From NCBI GenBank assembly GCA_951406725.2, contig OX597825.1:43834001-43898000 (forward strand): DNA of 64,000 nucleotides. Reading direction: 5' to 3'. This stretch comes from Octopus vulgaris. Lineage: Eukaryota. Below, piece after piece: positions 39,530-53,092 of this stretch. The position numbers and the translations under genes are program-made. The notes beneath the pieces are model-generated. The model was not told the DNA's origin, did not search any database, and saw only the letters and a program-made list of their open reading frames with translations. Position 1 is the first letter of the stretch, and each line of letters starts with the position of its first letter.

Positions 39530-40677
39530 TAATGAGCCACTCTCTCTTTACGTATGTGTGATACGCTTTACTTCAGATTTAAAAAATAACTTATATTTTC
39601 TTATTTAGAATTGTTTGGAGGAGAGGCTGTATCCATAATGCTTGTAGGCCCTTTCGGACTTGTGAGATGTTTTATGTTGATTTCTGCGGTGAAGTTGTAG
39701 AAATGGAACAAAATTCTAAACATTAGAAGATCTGGGTAAGACAGTAATGTTCCGTGTGAAAATGGAGTATGAGGTAATGTAAGATGATGAGATATTGATA
39801 GATGTACCTAGATGGAGATGGTGCGATCTCGCCAGTTTACAACAAACTCTATCATAGAAACGATACATGAAACACAAAGAAGAAAGTGCATTTCTATGGA
39901 CCAATAAGTAGAGTGGTAAAGAGGGTATGGTAATCATTTTATCTTTCATTTTATCTTAGATGTTTCTGTACAGTAACAGCTCTGCACTAGATATGTAAAC
40001 AGTACTCAAATATGAGTTGCACTTGGAATTTTTAGGGCTAACAAGACCGAAAAGAAAAAGAAAAGAAAAGAAATGAAAATAATTTAAAACTCGTCTTATT
40101 TGACTTCATCATGTAGTAGGGCTTGAAATAATGCCACAAAATGCAGTATATTCAAGAGACCAAAAAAGTAAGATGCAGAAGAGATATTTTCTTCAAACTT
40201 GGCATGAAAGAAGGAAAGACTATTTGGTTTCTCAAGAAGTTTCTTTTTTTTTTGCCTTAACTTCGTTTAACAAAACAAAAAGTTTATTGAAATAAAGGCA
40301 TGCTTAATTATTTTTTAATGAAAAGAAAACACAGATTACTTTTTATTCAAAGAAGAAAACACCATTTTCTTGCTAATAAATGATTTTTGTTGCCTTACAG
40401 CTTTAAACCAAAAAAGTGTGTTTTTTAGTGAAAGAAAACCATTATTGTATTCAATCAAGATTGTTTAAGCTTTATTTCATGGTGAATGTAGTCAAAATAC
40501 TCCAATTTTAGAAACAAAAAAACTATTTGCTTGCTTCTTAATCGTGCAATATTAGGTTAAATCAGTGTTTCTCAAAGGAGAGACCTATGAGATGGTCGGA
40601 CAAGTTGTTTTGAGAAAATTTGGTTTAAATGTTTGACAACTCAGCACCTTCCATTGGACGGGGGGCGTTTTGCTCGT

Positions 40678-40732
<55 letters not shown>

Positions 40733-41353
40733 TATCTATATAAAAGCATATTTGGGAACAGGACGTTATGAAACGTGCACATCAATTAGTACAAAGCACG
40801 AGTACATGGGACATGATCTATTCTTTCGAACGATGAAAGACACAAATGGAAAACAAAACAAACAACATAAAGAACGACCCTTCATCAGTTGTTTTCTAGT
40901 CTCATATTTCGAGCATATATATATATATTGTGACCTCATACATACACACACATACACACACATACATACATACATACATACATACATACATACATACATA
41001 CATACATACATACATAGATACATACATACATACGGCTTTTTTTTTTGCTCAAACTGCACCTTCATTTTTCTCGAGAACGCGTAGTATCGATCGCAACAGC
41101 TGATGTACTTGCGCGTATAAATGGACATTCCCACGGCTTTATCGATCGCATTCTCACCTGGAATCGATTGTTGTAATTTTTTCAAGACTTATACACGCCC
41201 TGATACCGTCGGTATCTACATTTCAAATTCGAGCGCAATCGGATGGAAGATGCTCGAGATCCTAGAAGACATATACACAGACAGAACGGATTTTATATAA
41301 TAGATATTCGTATAAATGTAAGTATGTATATATACGTATGTATATATACATAA

Positions 41354-41447
<94 letters not shown>

Positions 41448-41451
<4 letters not shown>

Positions 41452-41710
41452 GTTCTTGAGCAAGACACTTTATTTCACGTTGCTCCAGTTCACTCAGCTG
41501 TAGAAATGAGTTGCGACGTCACAGGTGCCAAGCTGTATCGACCTTTGTCTTTCCCTTGGATAACACTGGTAGCGTGGAGAGGGGAGGCTGGTATGCATGG
41601 GCGACTGCTAGCCTTCCATAAACAACCTTGCCCGGACTTGTGTCTAGGAGAGTAACTTTCTAGGTGCAATCCCATGGTCATTCATGACCGAAGGGGGTCT
41701 TTACCCCTTT
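41448..41710 (+). mobile_element. SINE body and tail, head missing
   Basis: tgttcttgagcaagacactttatttcacgttgctccagttcactcagctg shared with 19830-20050, different tail. Confidence 0.65.
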
Positions 41711-41711
41711 A

Positions 41712-41765
<54 letters not shown>

Positions 41766-41872
41766 TGTATGTATGATGACTGAGGGCTTCGAATGTCCCG
41801 TCCTGTGGTTCTTGTGTCGTCTCTGTGGCGTTTCATGTTCTTGTCCATGTCTGTAATTATTTTTACTGTTTA

Positions 41873-41911
<39 letters not shown>

Positions 41912-42152
41912 ATAATTATTATTTGAGGGAATAAAATCCAAACTTACAAAAGAATTCAATTTAGAAATACTAAATCAAATTCCACACAATATAATATATA
42001 TGAAATATTAGAAAAAATCCACCTTTTATCAATTCAAAATGAATAATTAAATTACACCATCTAGAAAATTACATATAATAGAAAAGTTAAAATTAAAATA
42101 ACAATTAAATAGTAAAGATTAAGTAAATTACAAGAATAATGTAATGTATATA

Positions 42153-42214
<62 letters not shown>

Positions 42215-42246
42215 TTTATTTAAAGCAGCAGAAAATTCAACAAAAC

Positions 42247-42284
42247 CTGTTACTCTGAGTTTCACGTTGCCGTTCATCGGGCAG
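42247..42284 (-). ncRNA. Minimal hammerhead-like motif in pLTR
   Basis: ctgc-CCGATGA-acg-gcaa-cgt-GAAA-CTCAGAG-TA-acag; GNRA-capped stem II; twin at 43902-43935 (+). Confidence 0.7.
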
Positions 42285-42416
42285 CTTTTTCTAGAATAGA
42301 ACCAATATGTCAATTCTATCCAGACTAGTATAAACGCTACACCTTTAAAAATGGACTTGTTTGATTGGTCCTTTACAAATAACGGTCAATTTTCGAGCGA
42401 TAAACAAAAATGAGCT

Positions 42417-42476
<60 letters not shown>

Positions 42477-43524
42477 TATAAAATTCGAGGAAAACCCTTA
42501 CATAGAATAAAATACATATTGTTATTAATAAAGGAAATATAATTAATATATGGAAATTGAAATTAAAATGTTAAAATGCATTAAAATATTACATGGCAGT
42601 ACATATTCATATTAAACTATACATATATACATCAACATACACAGATAGATGCGTGCAGACCACATACATATACAGACGTATAAATATAAAGCTAAAATAT
42701 ACACACAAATGCATGTACACATATGCATACGCAATCTAGTTCGCACGCAAAACCACTGTATCTATAAAGACTATAAGCTAAAATCATGGATGGGGAAGGG
42801 GCGTTCTTATTTACGATATAAAGTTGAAGACATGGGTAAGGGAGGGAGGACGTAAAGTTACAGGACTCTACAAGTAACGAAAAGTAAGAGAGAGAAAACA
42901 CGAAAGAAAGGAAGAGAGAGAAAAAAGGGAAGAGAGAGAAAAAAGAAGAAAAAGGGGGGAGGGGAAAACGAAAGAAGAAAAATTATGTACACAAACTGTG
43001 TAATCACATATACTGACACATATATATAGAGACAAGTACGCAAACACACAAGTTCAAGTGGATACATACACATACAATCGTGTATGTATGTGCTTAAGTA
43101 CAAACATACGCTCACTTACACATATACAAAGACGTATGCTTACAAATATATATTCGTTGCTATACACATATTTACATCAAAATGCCTAGGTTCTGACAAC
43201 ATTGCTTTTTAAAAAATGGTGAGTGTAATAATAAAAATTATACGAAAGACATGTAAAATATAACACCCTATTTCGGATCATCTATAATATTAATATCAAA
43301 GTAAGCCTATACAATATAATATCATGAAATAAACTAAGTCGAAGGTTTTTCCTAAGGAATATGTAGAAATATAAACAAAATAAACAAAATATATGCACGA
43401 GACTTTGCTATACGGAATGAAATCTGCATAGCGCGAAACAAATCCATCGGTGCGTTTACAGACTAGTCCAAGAATCAAAAATCAAAATTTCAAAATTCAA
43501 AAATACAAAAAGACAAAATATACT

Positions 43525-43825
43525 CTATCCATATGGTATATTTATGTTTGACATTTTAAATTTGGTTGCGTGCCTGCATGAGTTCATCAGCTCACTTCTT
43601 TGATTCAAAGAATTATATTTTGCTAGACTGGTCCTCTTCCTATTTTCTGGGTATCTAAATGAATTTTTATGCGAATAAAATCGCGTTTTAAATGAATTTT
43701 CTGAAGCCCCTGTATAGGTCTTGTATTCCGATGAGCCTTCTATTTGTACCTTGGCTCTATAAACGACCCCTTTTACTAGACATTTCCCTTCCAATGGACA
43801 GGAGGATTCATTTTTGAAATTGCAT
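43525..43825 (-). pseudogene. Penelope-type GIY-YIG endonuclease, internally deleted
   Basis: CNFKNESSCPLEGKCLVKGVVYRAKV..YTGASENSFKTRFYSHKNSF..TSLAKY fused directly to NSLNQRSELMNSCRH. Confidence 0.88.
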
Positions 43826-44037
43826 ATCTTAAGGGGCTCGGCACCATGCTTTCCCTTTCATACAGACATGGAACACACAAAAAAAATTTTAAGTGCAATC
43901 TTTGATGAACGGCAACGTGAAACTCAGAGTAACAGGTTTTGTTGAATTTTCTGCTGCTTTAAATAAAGCATATTACGCTACCACTGGTATTTGAGTACTC
44001 CTTTTTCCACCTTGTTTCACATTTATGTGTTTACTCC

Positions 44038-44094
<57 letters not shown>

Positions 44095-44123
44095 ATGTAT
44101 GTATGTATGTATGTATGTATGTA

Positions 44124-44168
<45 letters not shown>

Positions 44169-44169
<1 letters not shown>

Positions 44170-44366
44170 GACGTAGTTACTCGTCACCAATTATCGTAGT
44201 ATCGCCAATATTTTTGACGATATTTCTTTTACACTATAACCGAGTAGCAGGTATAATGAAGCAGGGTAACAAAAACGTATAAATCCAACAAAGTCTCCAA
44301 AACTATACATGATCCAACAAACGATACTCCGACAAACTACCAACTACGACTTCTTGCGATTAACAG

Positions 44367-44431
<65 letters not shown>

Positions 44432-44588
44432 CTCTCTCTCACTCAGACCGCTACTATTTATAGTCGTCCAGGGAAGTCTATTCTCGCAGAAAATCTCGTG
44501 ACCCCTACCACATCTCCCCATTTGAGATTTCGACTTCCGTAGGGCAATGAAATTTATTTATTTATTTACTTATCTATTCATTCCAACA
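44169..44588 (-). mobile_element. Gypsy 3' LTR
   Basis: TG...CA ends; minus-strand PPT aaaaagggagtgg abuts at 44589-44601; TATAAATA on minus ~44455-44462. Confidence 0.7.
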
Positions 44589-46765
44589 CCACTCCCTTTT
44601 TGAAATTTTACTTCCTTCGGGAGTTCAGTATCTTTTCTACTTAGGAATTATTTCTAAATGTTCAGTCTGTTTATGTTTTCTGTCACTGCTCCTTCTAGGC
44701 TCAATCTCTTTCGGTGCTGGCGCATCGAACATAGCGTAAAACATTTCCATTGGAGTTTCCTTCCTTTCTTCTTTTTGATTGATTTAGGTGTCGTTTATGC
44801 TCCCATCGTTGGCCTTTTATTAAATATATCATGTTTCTGTTTCTTTTAGTCACTACACCATCCTTCCAACTCTCTTTACCTTCTCGTATACTTTGAAACG
44901 GACTTTAATATTTAATTGATTTATTGTTTGTTTGTTTGTTTTTTGGTGAGGGGTTGTATTTTGGTGGGAGGTTGTATTTTTTCCATACGCAACAATTTGT
45001 CGAAATTTGATTTAATCTTTCGAGCAAGCATTAGCACTGCAGGCGACTTGCCTGAACTGCTATTCGGATTGGGCGTAATTCTGTACACCCTTAAGAATTT
45101 AGTTAGCGGTTTGTTCTTCCCTAATTCGTTCCTCACTTTTTCAGCACTCGCTTGAAAGTATTTACGGATCGTTCTGCTTGCCCATTTGACCTCAGATGGT
45201 AGGGCGGCGTAAACATGTGCTTGATTGCATGCATTTTCCAAAATTTCTTGAACTCGTATCCTGTAAAATGTGTTCCATTGTCCGATACTATGGTGTCCGA
45301 TAGCAAAACTACTGAGCAAAAAGTTCGTGCAGGAACTTTATCGTTGCCTTCGAGGTAGATTGACTGCACCAACACACTTCCGGCCGTTTAGTAAAGTTAT
45401 CAACTGGTAAAGCCATTCACTGGTCTAGTGTAGTCTACATGTACCCTGGACTAGGGACTATCCGTCTCAGACCACGATTGGTATTTCACTGGTGGTGCCT
45501 TGGCTGCTAGCGCTCAACCTCTACATGATTTTACCAAAATTTCAATGTCCCAATCCATTGTCGGCCAATACATGTAACTCCTCATCAAAGCTTTCATTCT
45601 TTACATACCCAGGTGTCCGCTACACGTCTCTGTAGTAAGTTGGTACTACCACTCTTTGTAGCTAATGCATCGTCACAGAGTGAAAAATGGTTCGCGTTCG
45701 CATTCGCATTCTTTTGTTTATTTTTCAAGGTTTCCTTCATTTTTATGATGCATTTATCCTCCGCTAATTTACTTTTTATATCTTGTACAGTTACTGGCAA
45801 CTCCTGAATGACGTTACACATAACGTTTTTAATTTCCTTTTCTGATTGTAATGCGACTATTACCTTATCGTCCAGTGGTTCTGCATTCTTCGGAATTAGC
45901 CTAGATAAACTATTCGCATGGTCAATTTTCTTAGAAGGAATGTACTCCATCTTAAAGATGTAATTTAACAATATTCTTTTCTACTCTAGGCACAAGGCCA
46001 GTCGATTAGATCGATCCCAGTACGCAACTGGTACTTAATTTATTGACCCCGAAAGGATGAAAGGCAAAGTCCACCTCGGCGGTATTTGAACTCAGAACGT
46101 AAAGACAGATGAACTACCGGTAAGCATTTCGCCCGGCATGCTAACGTTTCTGCCAGCTCGCCGCCTTTAACAATATTGTACCCCAGTGTTGTAATCTGTT
46201 AGCTGTATGGTTAGGAGTCCATTCTTCGATCTGAAAATTGATAATAACAGTCGGTAGTCCGTCTGAAGTCGAAAACTTCTACCATGGAGAAATCTGTGAA
46301 ATTTCTTCACCGCAAAAACAATCGCTAGAGCTTCTTTCTGTATCTGTAGATTTCTTCTTCTGCAATCAGATGTTGAGGCATGAACCACCACCTTTGTATT
46401 ATCGTCTTTATATTTGAGTAACAAAACTGCTCCTTCGCCATATTCAGAAGCTACATTAATCTCCGCTCCAGGATCGAATTGAGCCACCGACAAATCCGTA
46501 ATTAACACTTTTTTAATATCGTGAAACGCCTTTTGACAATTATTTCACCTATTCCATTTGGCGTCTTTCTTTAGCAAATTGTTAAGTGGAGCTCCCACTT
46601 CACACGTTTGGTATGTAATTTTGATAATAATTCATTAGGCCTATAAAAGCTTGTAATGTCACTATATTAGTTGGGGAAGGCATTACATCTGCCCTCGACA
46701 GGTCAGGTCGTCTTCCATTTTTATCTATAATTTGTCCTAAATATGTAATTTTAGACATTTCTCCT
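44589..46765 (-). mobile_element. Gypsy/Ty3 LTR retrotransposon pol remnant (RT end, RNase H, integrase)
   Basis: ASEYGEGAVL, KEALAIVFAVKKFHRFLHGRSFRLQTD, HANSLSRL, DTIVSDNGTHF, PPYHLRSNGQAERSV; many frameshifts. Confidence 0.92.
45976..46165 (-). mobile_element. Meta-like SINE nested in Gypsy pol
   Basis: 12-bp TSD tttaacaatatt 45964-45975 / 46166-46177. Confidence 0.9.
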
Positions 46766-46791
46766 CACTGGGTGTGCAACTCAGTCTCTCG

Positions 46792-46914
46792 TTACAGAAG
46801 TGATGTTTCGCTCTTAAACTTAACTAGAGCATGTTGATAGCAGTCGTATCTAAAATGCTGGATGTGTCGATAAATGAAGTTCCAGTATACTCTATCATCC
46901 GTATCCATTATTTC

Positions 46915-46952
<38 letters not shown>

Positions 46953-47075
46953 GAAATAATGGATACGGATGATAAAGTATACTGGAACTTCATTTATCGA
47001 CACATCCAGCATTTTAGATACGACTGCTATCAACATGCTCTAGTTAAGTTTAAGAGCGAAACATCACTTCTGTAA
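46792..47075. repeat. Near-perfect 284-bp palindrome centred on (TA)n
   Basis: About 126-bp arms with one visible mismatch. Confidence 0.92.
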
Positions 47076-47324
47076 TTTTTTCTGCCTGTCTGCACGTCTG
47101 TCTGTTACCATCCTGCTGCCCAAACCAGGGAACGAAACTTCACCAAACCTTGTATAGATGTTGAATATATATCCAGTTCAATTGTAGGTTAATTGGATTT
47201 CAATTTCGATAATGGACTGACTACGAGTGTTGGGTTATTACAGGATAAAATGAGAGGGTGCAAAAGTGTTAGGTTCGGAGAAATGTGACATAATGAGGGA
47301 GGTTTATATTAGGGAAGTGAAGGA

Positions 47325-47936
47325 GACAAGAAGAGATAGACACACAGGGAATGTGAGAGATAGACAAGAAGAGATAGACACACAGGAAATGTGAGAAATA
47401 GACAAGAAGAGATAGACACACAGAGAATGTGAGAGATAGACAAGAAGAGATAGACACACAGGGAATGTGAGAGATAGACAAGAAGAGATAGACACACAGG
47501 GAATGTGAGAGATAGACAAGAAGAGATAGACACACAGGGAATGTGAGAGATAGACAAGAAGAGATAGACACACAGGGAATGTGAGAGATAGACAAGAAGA
47601 GATAGACACACAGGGAATGTGAGAGATAGACAAGAAGAGATAGACACACAGGGAATGTGAGAGATAGACAAGAAGAGATAGACACACAGGGAATGTGAGA
47701 GATAGACAAGAAGAGATAGACACACAGGGAATGTGAGAGATAGACAAGAAGAGATAGACACACAGGGAATGTGAGAGATAGACAAGAAGAGATAGACACA
47801 CAGGGAATGTGAGAGATAGACAAGAAGAGATGGACACACAGGGAATGTGAGAGATAGACAAGAAGAGATAGACACACAGGGAATGTGAGAGATAGACAAG
47901 AAGAGATAGACACACAGGGAATGTGAGAGATAGACA
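47325..47936. repeat. 38-bp minisatellite, 16 copies
   Basis: Unit gacaagaagagatagacacacagggaatgtgagagata at 47325, 47363, 47401 ... ; few variants. Confidence 0.95.
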
Positions 47937-47961
47937 GCGAGAACGACAGACAGGGACGTCT

Positions 47962-49008
47962 TCCATATATATAAAATAGAGTTTGTGAGTGTGTGTGTTC
48001 CTGTGTGTACGTATCTTCCTTATGCATTCGAAAACCGAATTGCTGATTTTGACGTATGGGGTATTAAAAGATTCAGTAATCTTCCGACTACCAAATAAAT
48101 TTTATTTTCGTTTACATATTTGTATTACAAAAATTTTACATTATTTTTGCTATACGTCAATTATAAGTAAACATTTTATACCACGACAACGGTGGGGACG
48201 TCACATTTTCTATAATGAGTGTGTGCCTTAAAATACATCCATTTCTCTATAGGTTATGACGAAATAGTCACTCGCTCACATAGGTTATGACGAAATATCA
48301 GTCACACGCACACATACATACAAAAAAGATGTATGCATATGTATGTATGCATATGTATTTATGCATGTGTATATGCAAGATGTGTGTGAGACTGCGGGAG
48401 AGATCGAATGAATGCCACTTACACATACATGACAACACACACCTTCACTCACTCTCTCTCCTTCTTTCTCTCTCTCACGCACACACACACACACATGCCA
48501 CACGCACACACACACATACACGCGCGGGCGCTCATCCATTTCGTATACACCTACATACACCTTTCACTTTCTCCTCGCTTGCACTTTCTGCTCTCACTTC
48601 AAAGCAAATGTCGTGGTTTCACCTTTCTCTTCTCTTTCACTTTCTGCTCTCTTCAAGGCACAGAGAAATTTTAAAAGAATACGGAAATTAATGAATACAT
48701 TGGAAAACTGAGTTGCTAATTTTGACGTATGAGGTATCAAAAGATTCAGTAATCTTTCAGCTAACAAATAAACTTTATTTTCATTTATATATCTGCATAA
48801 CAATACTTTTCATTATAATCTTTCTATAATACAACTATCCTGAACGACATTTTATACCACGACGTCGACGATGTGAACCTTCAAAGACATTCATTTTTTA
48901 TGTTATGAGGAAATACAGTCACTCACATTCTCTCTCACATGCACACGCACACAGACACACAAAAAAGATGTATGCATAAGTATTTATGTACGTGTCTATG
49001 AAAGATGA

Positions 49009-49046
<38 letters not shown>

Positions 49047-49972
49047 CCACTTACACATACATGCAAAAAAATACATACAGGCCAATACACGCCTTCACTC
49101 ACTCATGCTCTCTCACACAAACACACACAAGCCCACATGCAAACACACACACACACATACACGCCCATCTCATATACACATACATACATCTTTCACTTTC
49201 TCATCTCTTTCACTTTCTACTCTCACTTCAAAGCAAATATCGCCTTTTCACTTTCTCCTCTCTTTCAATTTCTGCTCTCTTCATAGCATAAAGAAATAAA
49301 AACAAATTTTTACGGAAGTTAACAAACAATCATATGATTCCATATGATCAAGTTGACAACTTTACTGCCTCATACGAAACAATGCTATGAAATAGCTTCC
49401 TTTTTCACACACACATACACAGACGCGTGCACACAGACGCGCGCGCGAGCACACACACACACACTCTAAGTAAAACTTCTGTATAAATTATGTTATTTCT
49501 TGCTATGGATGTTTTTAGCTTTTTGAAAGCGGGTAGATAATGGGTGGGTGAGGTGGGGGAAGGGACATTGAGTGTTTCTTTAAGAAAAATTAAACTTTAA
49601 AAAAAAATTTTTTCCAGATTCGTAATCTCTGCATTTTTCTAAATGGATAGAAAAAATTCGTAAAAAAGTGACAAATTAAGAAATTCTGATGGGGACGGGG
49701 AGAAACTAAAATTCTGAAAATGTAATTTCTGGGCACAATGAAGCAATATATAGTTTGTGATCTTTCTTAAGAAGAGAAAGCACTTTCATGCAAACCAACG
49801 CAAATTGTACCCTCCTCACCCCTTTACTTTTAAACAAACAATAACTTCCATTACACCAGTAATCCAGTTCACTATATATCAGCTGTGGTCGTTCTGCCCA
49901 TAAGAAAAGAACAAATAATACAATATGTTTTGTAGGTCATAACACCCGGGCAACGCCGGGATGCATTGCTAG
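47962..49972 (+). mobile_element. Non-autonomous Helitron-like element with internal duplication
   Basis: TCCATATATATAAAA head; cccgggcaacgccggg hairpin + CTAG at 49969-49972; ~48030-48690 repeated at ~48705-49325. Confidence 0.7.
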
Positions 49973-51224
49973 ATTATGCATGTATGTATATCTTTTGTGA
50001 ATATGTGTATATGTGTGTGCGAGCATGCGCATGTATATGTCTATTATGAAACCTAATTATGGCAACACATTTCTGAAGATTTCCAGATGCAATCTTTTTA
50101 CGAGGTTTTTCTTGTAAAACACTCGTAAGCTGCCCTGAATAAATGTGAATATTTATCTCTACACTTGATTTTGATATATACATATATTAATGCTTCATTT
50201 TATGTCGAGTTTTAAGACAGTTTTACCTTAAACTGAAGGATTGCCTCAGACATTTTGTTGATTACAAATTAATTGTTCTTTAACAAGAAGACTATTGGGA
50301 GTGACTTATTAAGTCAGTGTCTCCTTAAAGATAAAATGTGTGTATGTCTGTGTGTGTACACACACACATGCATATATCTTCCCTCTCTTAAAATCTTTTA
50401 CTTCTTTTAGTCATTGGACCTTGGCCATGCTGGGATACTACCTTGAAGCACTTGGTAGAATAAATCGACTCCAGTACATATTTTTAAAGACCGATATTTG
50501 TCCTCTGACTTTACTTTTACCGAACTGCTAAGTTGCATAGATATAAACACATTTTAAATCTACAAAATTCATTCACAGGACATTGATTGCCCCGGAGCTC
50601 TAAGAGTAGACTTTGCCCAAGGTGCAGTGCAGTGAGATAAAACGTGAAATCACGTGTTTGAAAAGCAAGCTTTTTAACCATAGTGTCATGCATATGCACG
50701 TGTGTGTGTGTGTTTATATATATGTATGTGTGTGTGTGTGTGTGTGTGTAATAAAGATTCAGATAGAATGGAGTACTTGAAAAGATATGCACCAGGTTTG
50801 GTTGGAAAAACTTGTGATCACCGCCTATGCTTGATAAATATCAAATAGGATATTCCGGTTGTGTACACCGAGAACGCGAACCCTATGAGTTAGGAGCTGG
50901 TCCAAAGCACACGTTACGTTGATCGAACGATGTTGGTATACTACAGGGTGTCCGACGTGTCGTAAATCCCTATGGTGTATTATAATTAAATGAATAACAA
51001 ACGATGGATAATTGTCAGCTCATTACAACTGTTTCTTACGAATTCTTTAAATAAGCCTAGTATAATAAAATATACAATTTAATCGCCTACACTCCATCTC
51101 TAGCCTCCCAAAGAACCAGTCTAGCTGACCCCTATTTCAGCCGGTATCATATTATACCTTTCCACAAACTTAATTCTTTACCTAACTCCACCCACTAAGT
51201 GCCCACAAATACCAATTTTGTTGG

Positions 51225-51307
51225 TCATTCTGATGATTACGGTTTTTTGCAAAGAAGTAATGTTCTCATTCTCCTTTTTAAAAATGCGTAAGAAATAGCT
51301 GTAATGA
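51225..51307 (+). ncRNA. Hammerhead-like motif with long stem II loop
   Basis: tcat(t)-CTGATGA-ttacg...cgtaa-GAAA-TAGCTG-TA-atga; inverted twin 51638-51721 has CAGCTG. Confidence 0.65.
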
Positions 51308-51577
51308 GCTGGAATTGGAATACAATAGCATTATTTTCTAAATAAGCACCGTAAAAGTAGAATTACAAATATGGAATAGTGGTGCAACGAAGCACCAATG
51401 TTCTCTGAAAATAGCAGTCGGTAACAGTACGACGCTATGTAAAGTTTCACTGAATATATACTGGCAAAGATGTGTGCGAGCAACGAATATAAAAAAATGT
51501 TCGTTTTACCCGTAGTAAAAACACCGGATAGATGAACAACCTAGAGTGGATAGTCTAGTACTCGAGTCTCGGACTTT

Positions 51578-51615
51578 CCTAATACGCCGGTTTCGGTTAT
51601 TCCTCATCAGCTAGA
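51578..51615 (-). ncRNA. Minimal hammerhead ribozyme, canonical core
   Basis: tctag-CTGATGA-gg-aataa-cc-GAAA-CCGGCG-TA-ttagg. Confidence 0.65.
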
Positions 51616-52210
51616 TTCATAAAGGATAATAGTCAGCTCATTACAGCTGTTTCTTATGCAGTTCTTTAATAGAAGAATGAGAACATTAGTTCATTGCAAA
51701 AAACCCGTAATCATTAGATGAAACATAGTTTAGAAAACAAAAGACTATCTGAAGAATACAGCAGGGACGTTGGTGCCAGTTGTGGCATTATTTCCTATTT
51801 AAATTATAACTTTACGGTGCTTTATTAAGCTGGAAAATAAAACTATTGTATTGCAATAATATTTATAATTTTTATATAAAACGTTTTCACTGATTTAGGT
51901 TCCGTTTACGGCTAGGTGTTCAACCGAAAATACTGGCATTGATGTAATGAATATTTAAAAATGTCATGTTCGGTGAATCTAGCTGATGAGGACTAACAAA
52001 AATTACAATAACAGGCGTATTAGGAAAGTCCAAAACTCGAGTACTAGATTATCCACTCTAGGTTGTTCATCTATCCGGTGTTCTTATTAAATGTAAGACG
52101 AAATTTTTTTATATTCATTGCCCGCACACATCTTTGCCAATGAACTTTACATAGCGTCGTACTGTTATCGACTACTATTTCCAGCAAATATTGGTGTCTT
52201 GTTGTATAAC

Positions 52211-52289
<79 letters not shown>

Positions 52290-52445
52290 AGAGAGGGAGA
52301 GAGAAAGAGACATGCAAGGTCCAAGGATCGAGGTATAGGAACAAAGTGAGATTCAAACAATTCGTAGAAAAAATTTAAAAACACAACTTTCAGAAACAAT
52401 AGTGGTTGTCGACTTTTTCCGTATCGAAGTACAATAAGCTGAAAC

Positions 52446-52499
<54 letters not shown>

Positions 52500-52649
52500 T
52501 GAGTTGTAAGGTACCGCACGAATGGAATTATATATGAAAGAAGGTTTGAAAATGCAATTTTAAAAGATGTTTATTTACTTTACCGGTTTCACTTTTTAGA
52601 AACAGATTGTCAAAAATAACATGTAAAAGTTTGGTTGTGTTAATTATTG

Positions 52650-53092
52650 GTTGTCACAAAATGCTACAATACACATATACATTTTTGGGTAACAAGAACA
52701 TGTTAAGATCATAAAAAAGTTTAAGTTCATTAAAATATTGGGCACAAAAGATTACTACATATATATACATTCTCAAGAAACTGTTAAAGATAGTTTCCTG
52801 AAGGAATTATTAAAAAGTTCAGTGTAATATTGGTATTGTATATGTATATACATACACGCACAGAATATTTGTTGTCACAAAATACTACAATACATATATA
52901 CATTCTTTGGTAACAAGAACATGTTAAAAACATAGAAAAGTTTAACAAGTTCATTAAAATATTGAGCACAAAAGATTACAACATATATATACATTCTCAA
53001 GAAAATGTTAAAGATAGTTTCCAGAAGGAATTATCAAAAAGTTCAGTGGAATATTGGTATTGTATCTGTATATACATACACGTACAGAATAT
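52650..53092. repeat. Tandem duplication, ~221-bp unit x2
   Basis: gttgtcacaaaat.ctacaatacacatata...cacg.acagaatatt repeated at 52650 and 52871. Confidence 0.85.

Larger units (their letters stand above)
42213..44040 (-). mobile_element. 5'-truncated Penelope-like element with inverted pLTR
   Basis: GIY-YIG remnant; perfect inverted repeat 42214-42278 / 43904-43968; hammerhead in pLTR; (TA)n flanks. Confidence 0.85.
51012..52200. mobile_element. Complex fold-back cluster with two hammerhead types
   Basis: Inversions 51225-51311 / 51634-51721 and ~51405-51618 / 51975-52190. Confidence 0.75.

Noticed and set aside
41040-41305. Possible Helitron 5' fragment on minus strand
   Set aside because: Only general resemblance to the other heads, no 3' end found
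47325-47936. CRISPR-like regular array or 250-aa repetitive protein
   Set aside because: Units are contiguous with no unique spacers, no cas genes are present and the context is eukaryotic; ORFs arise from a stop-free repeat
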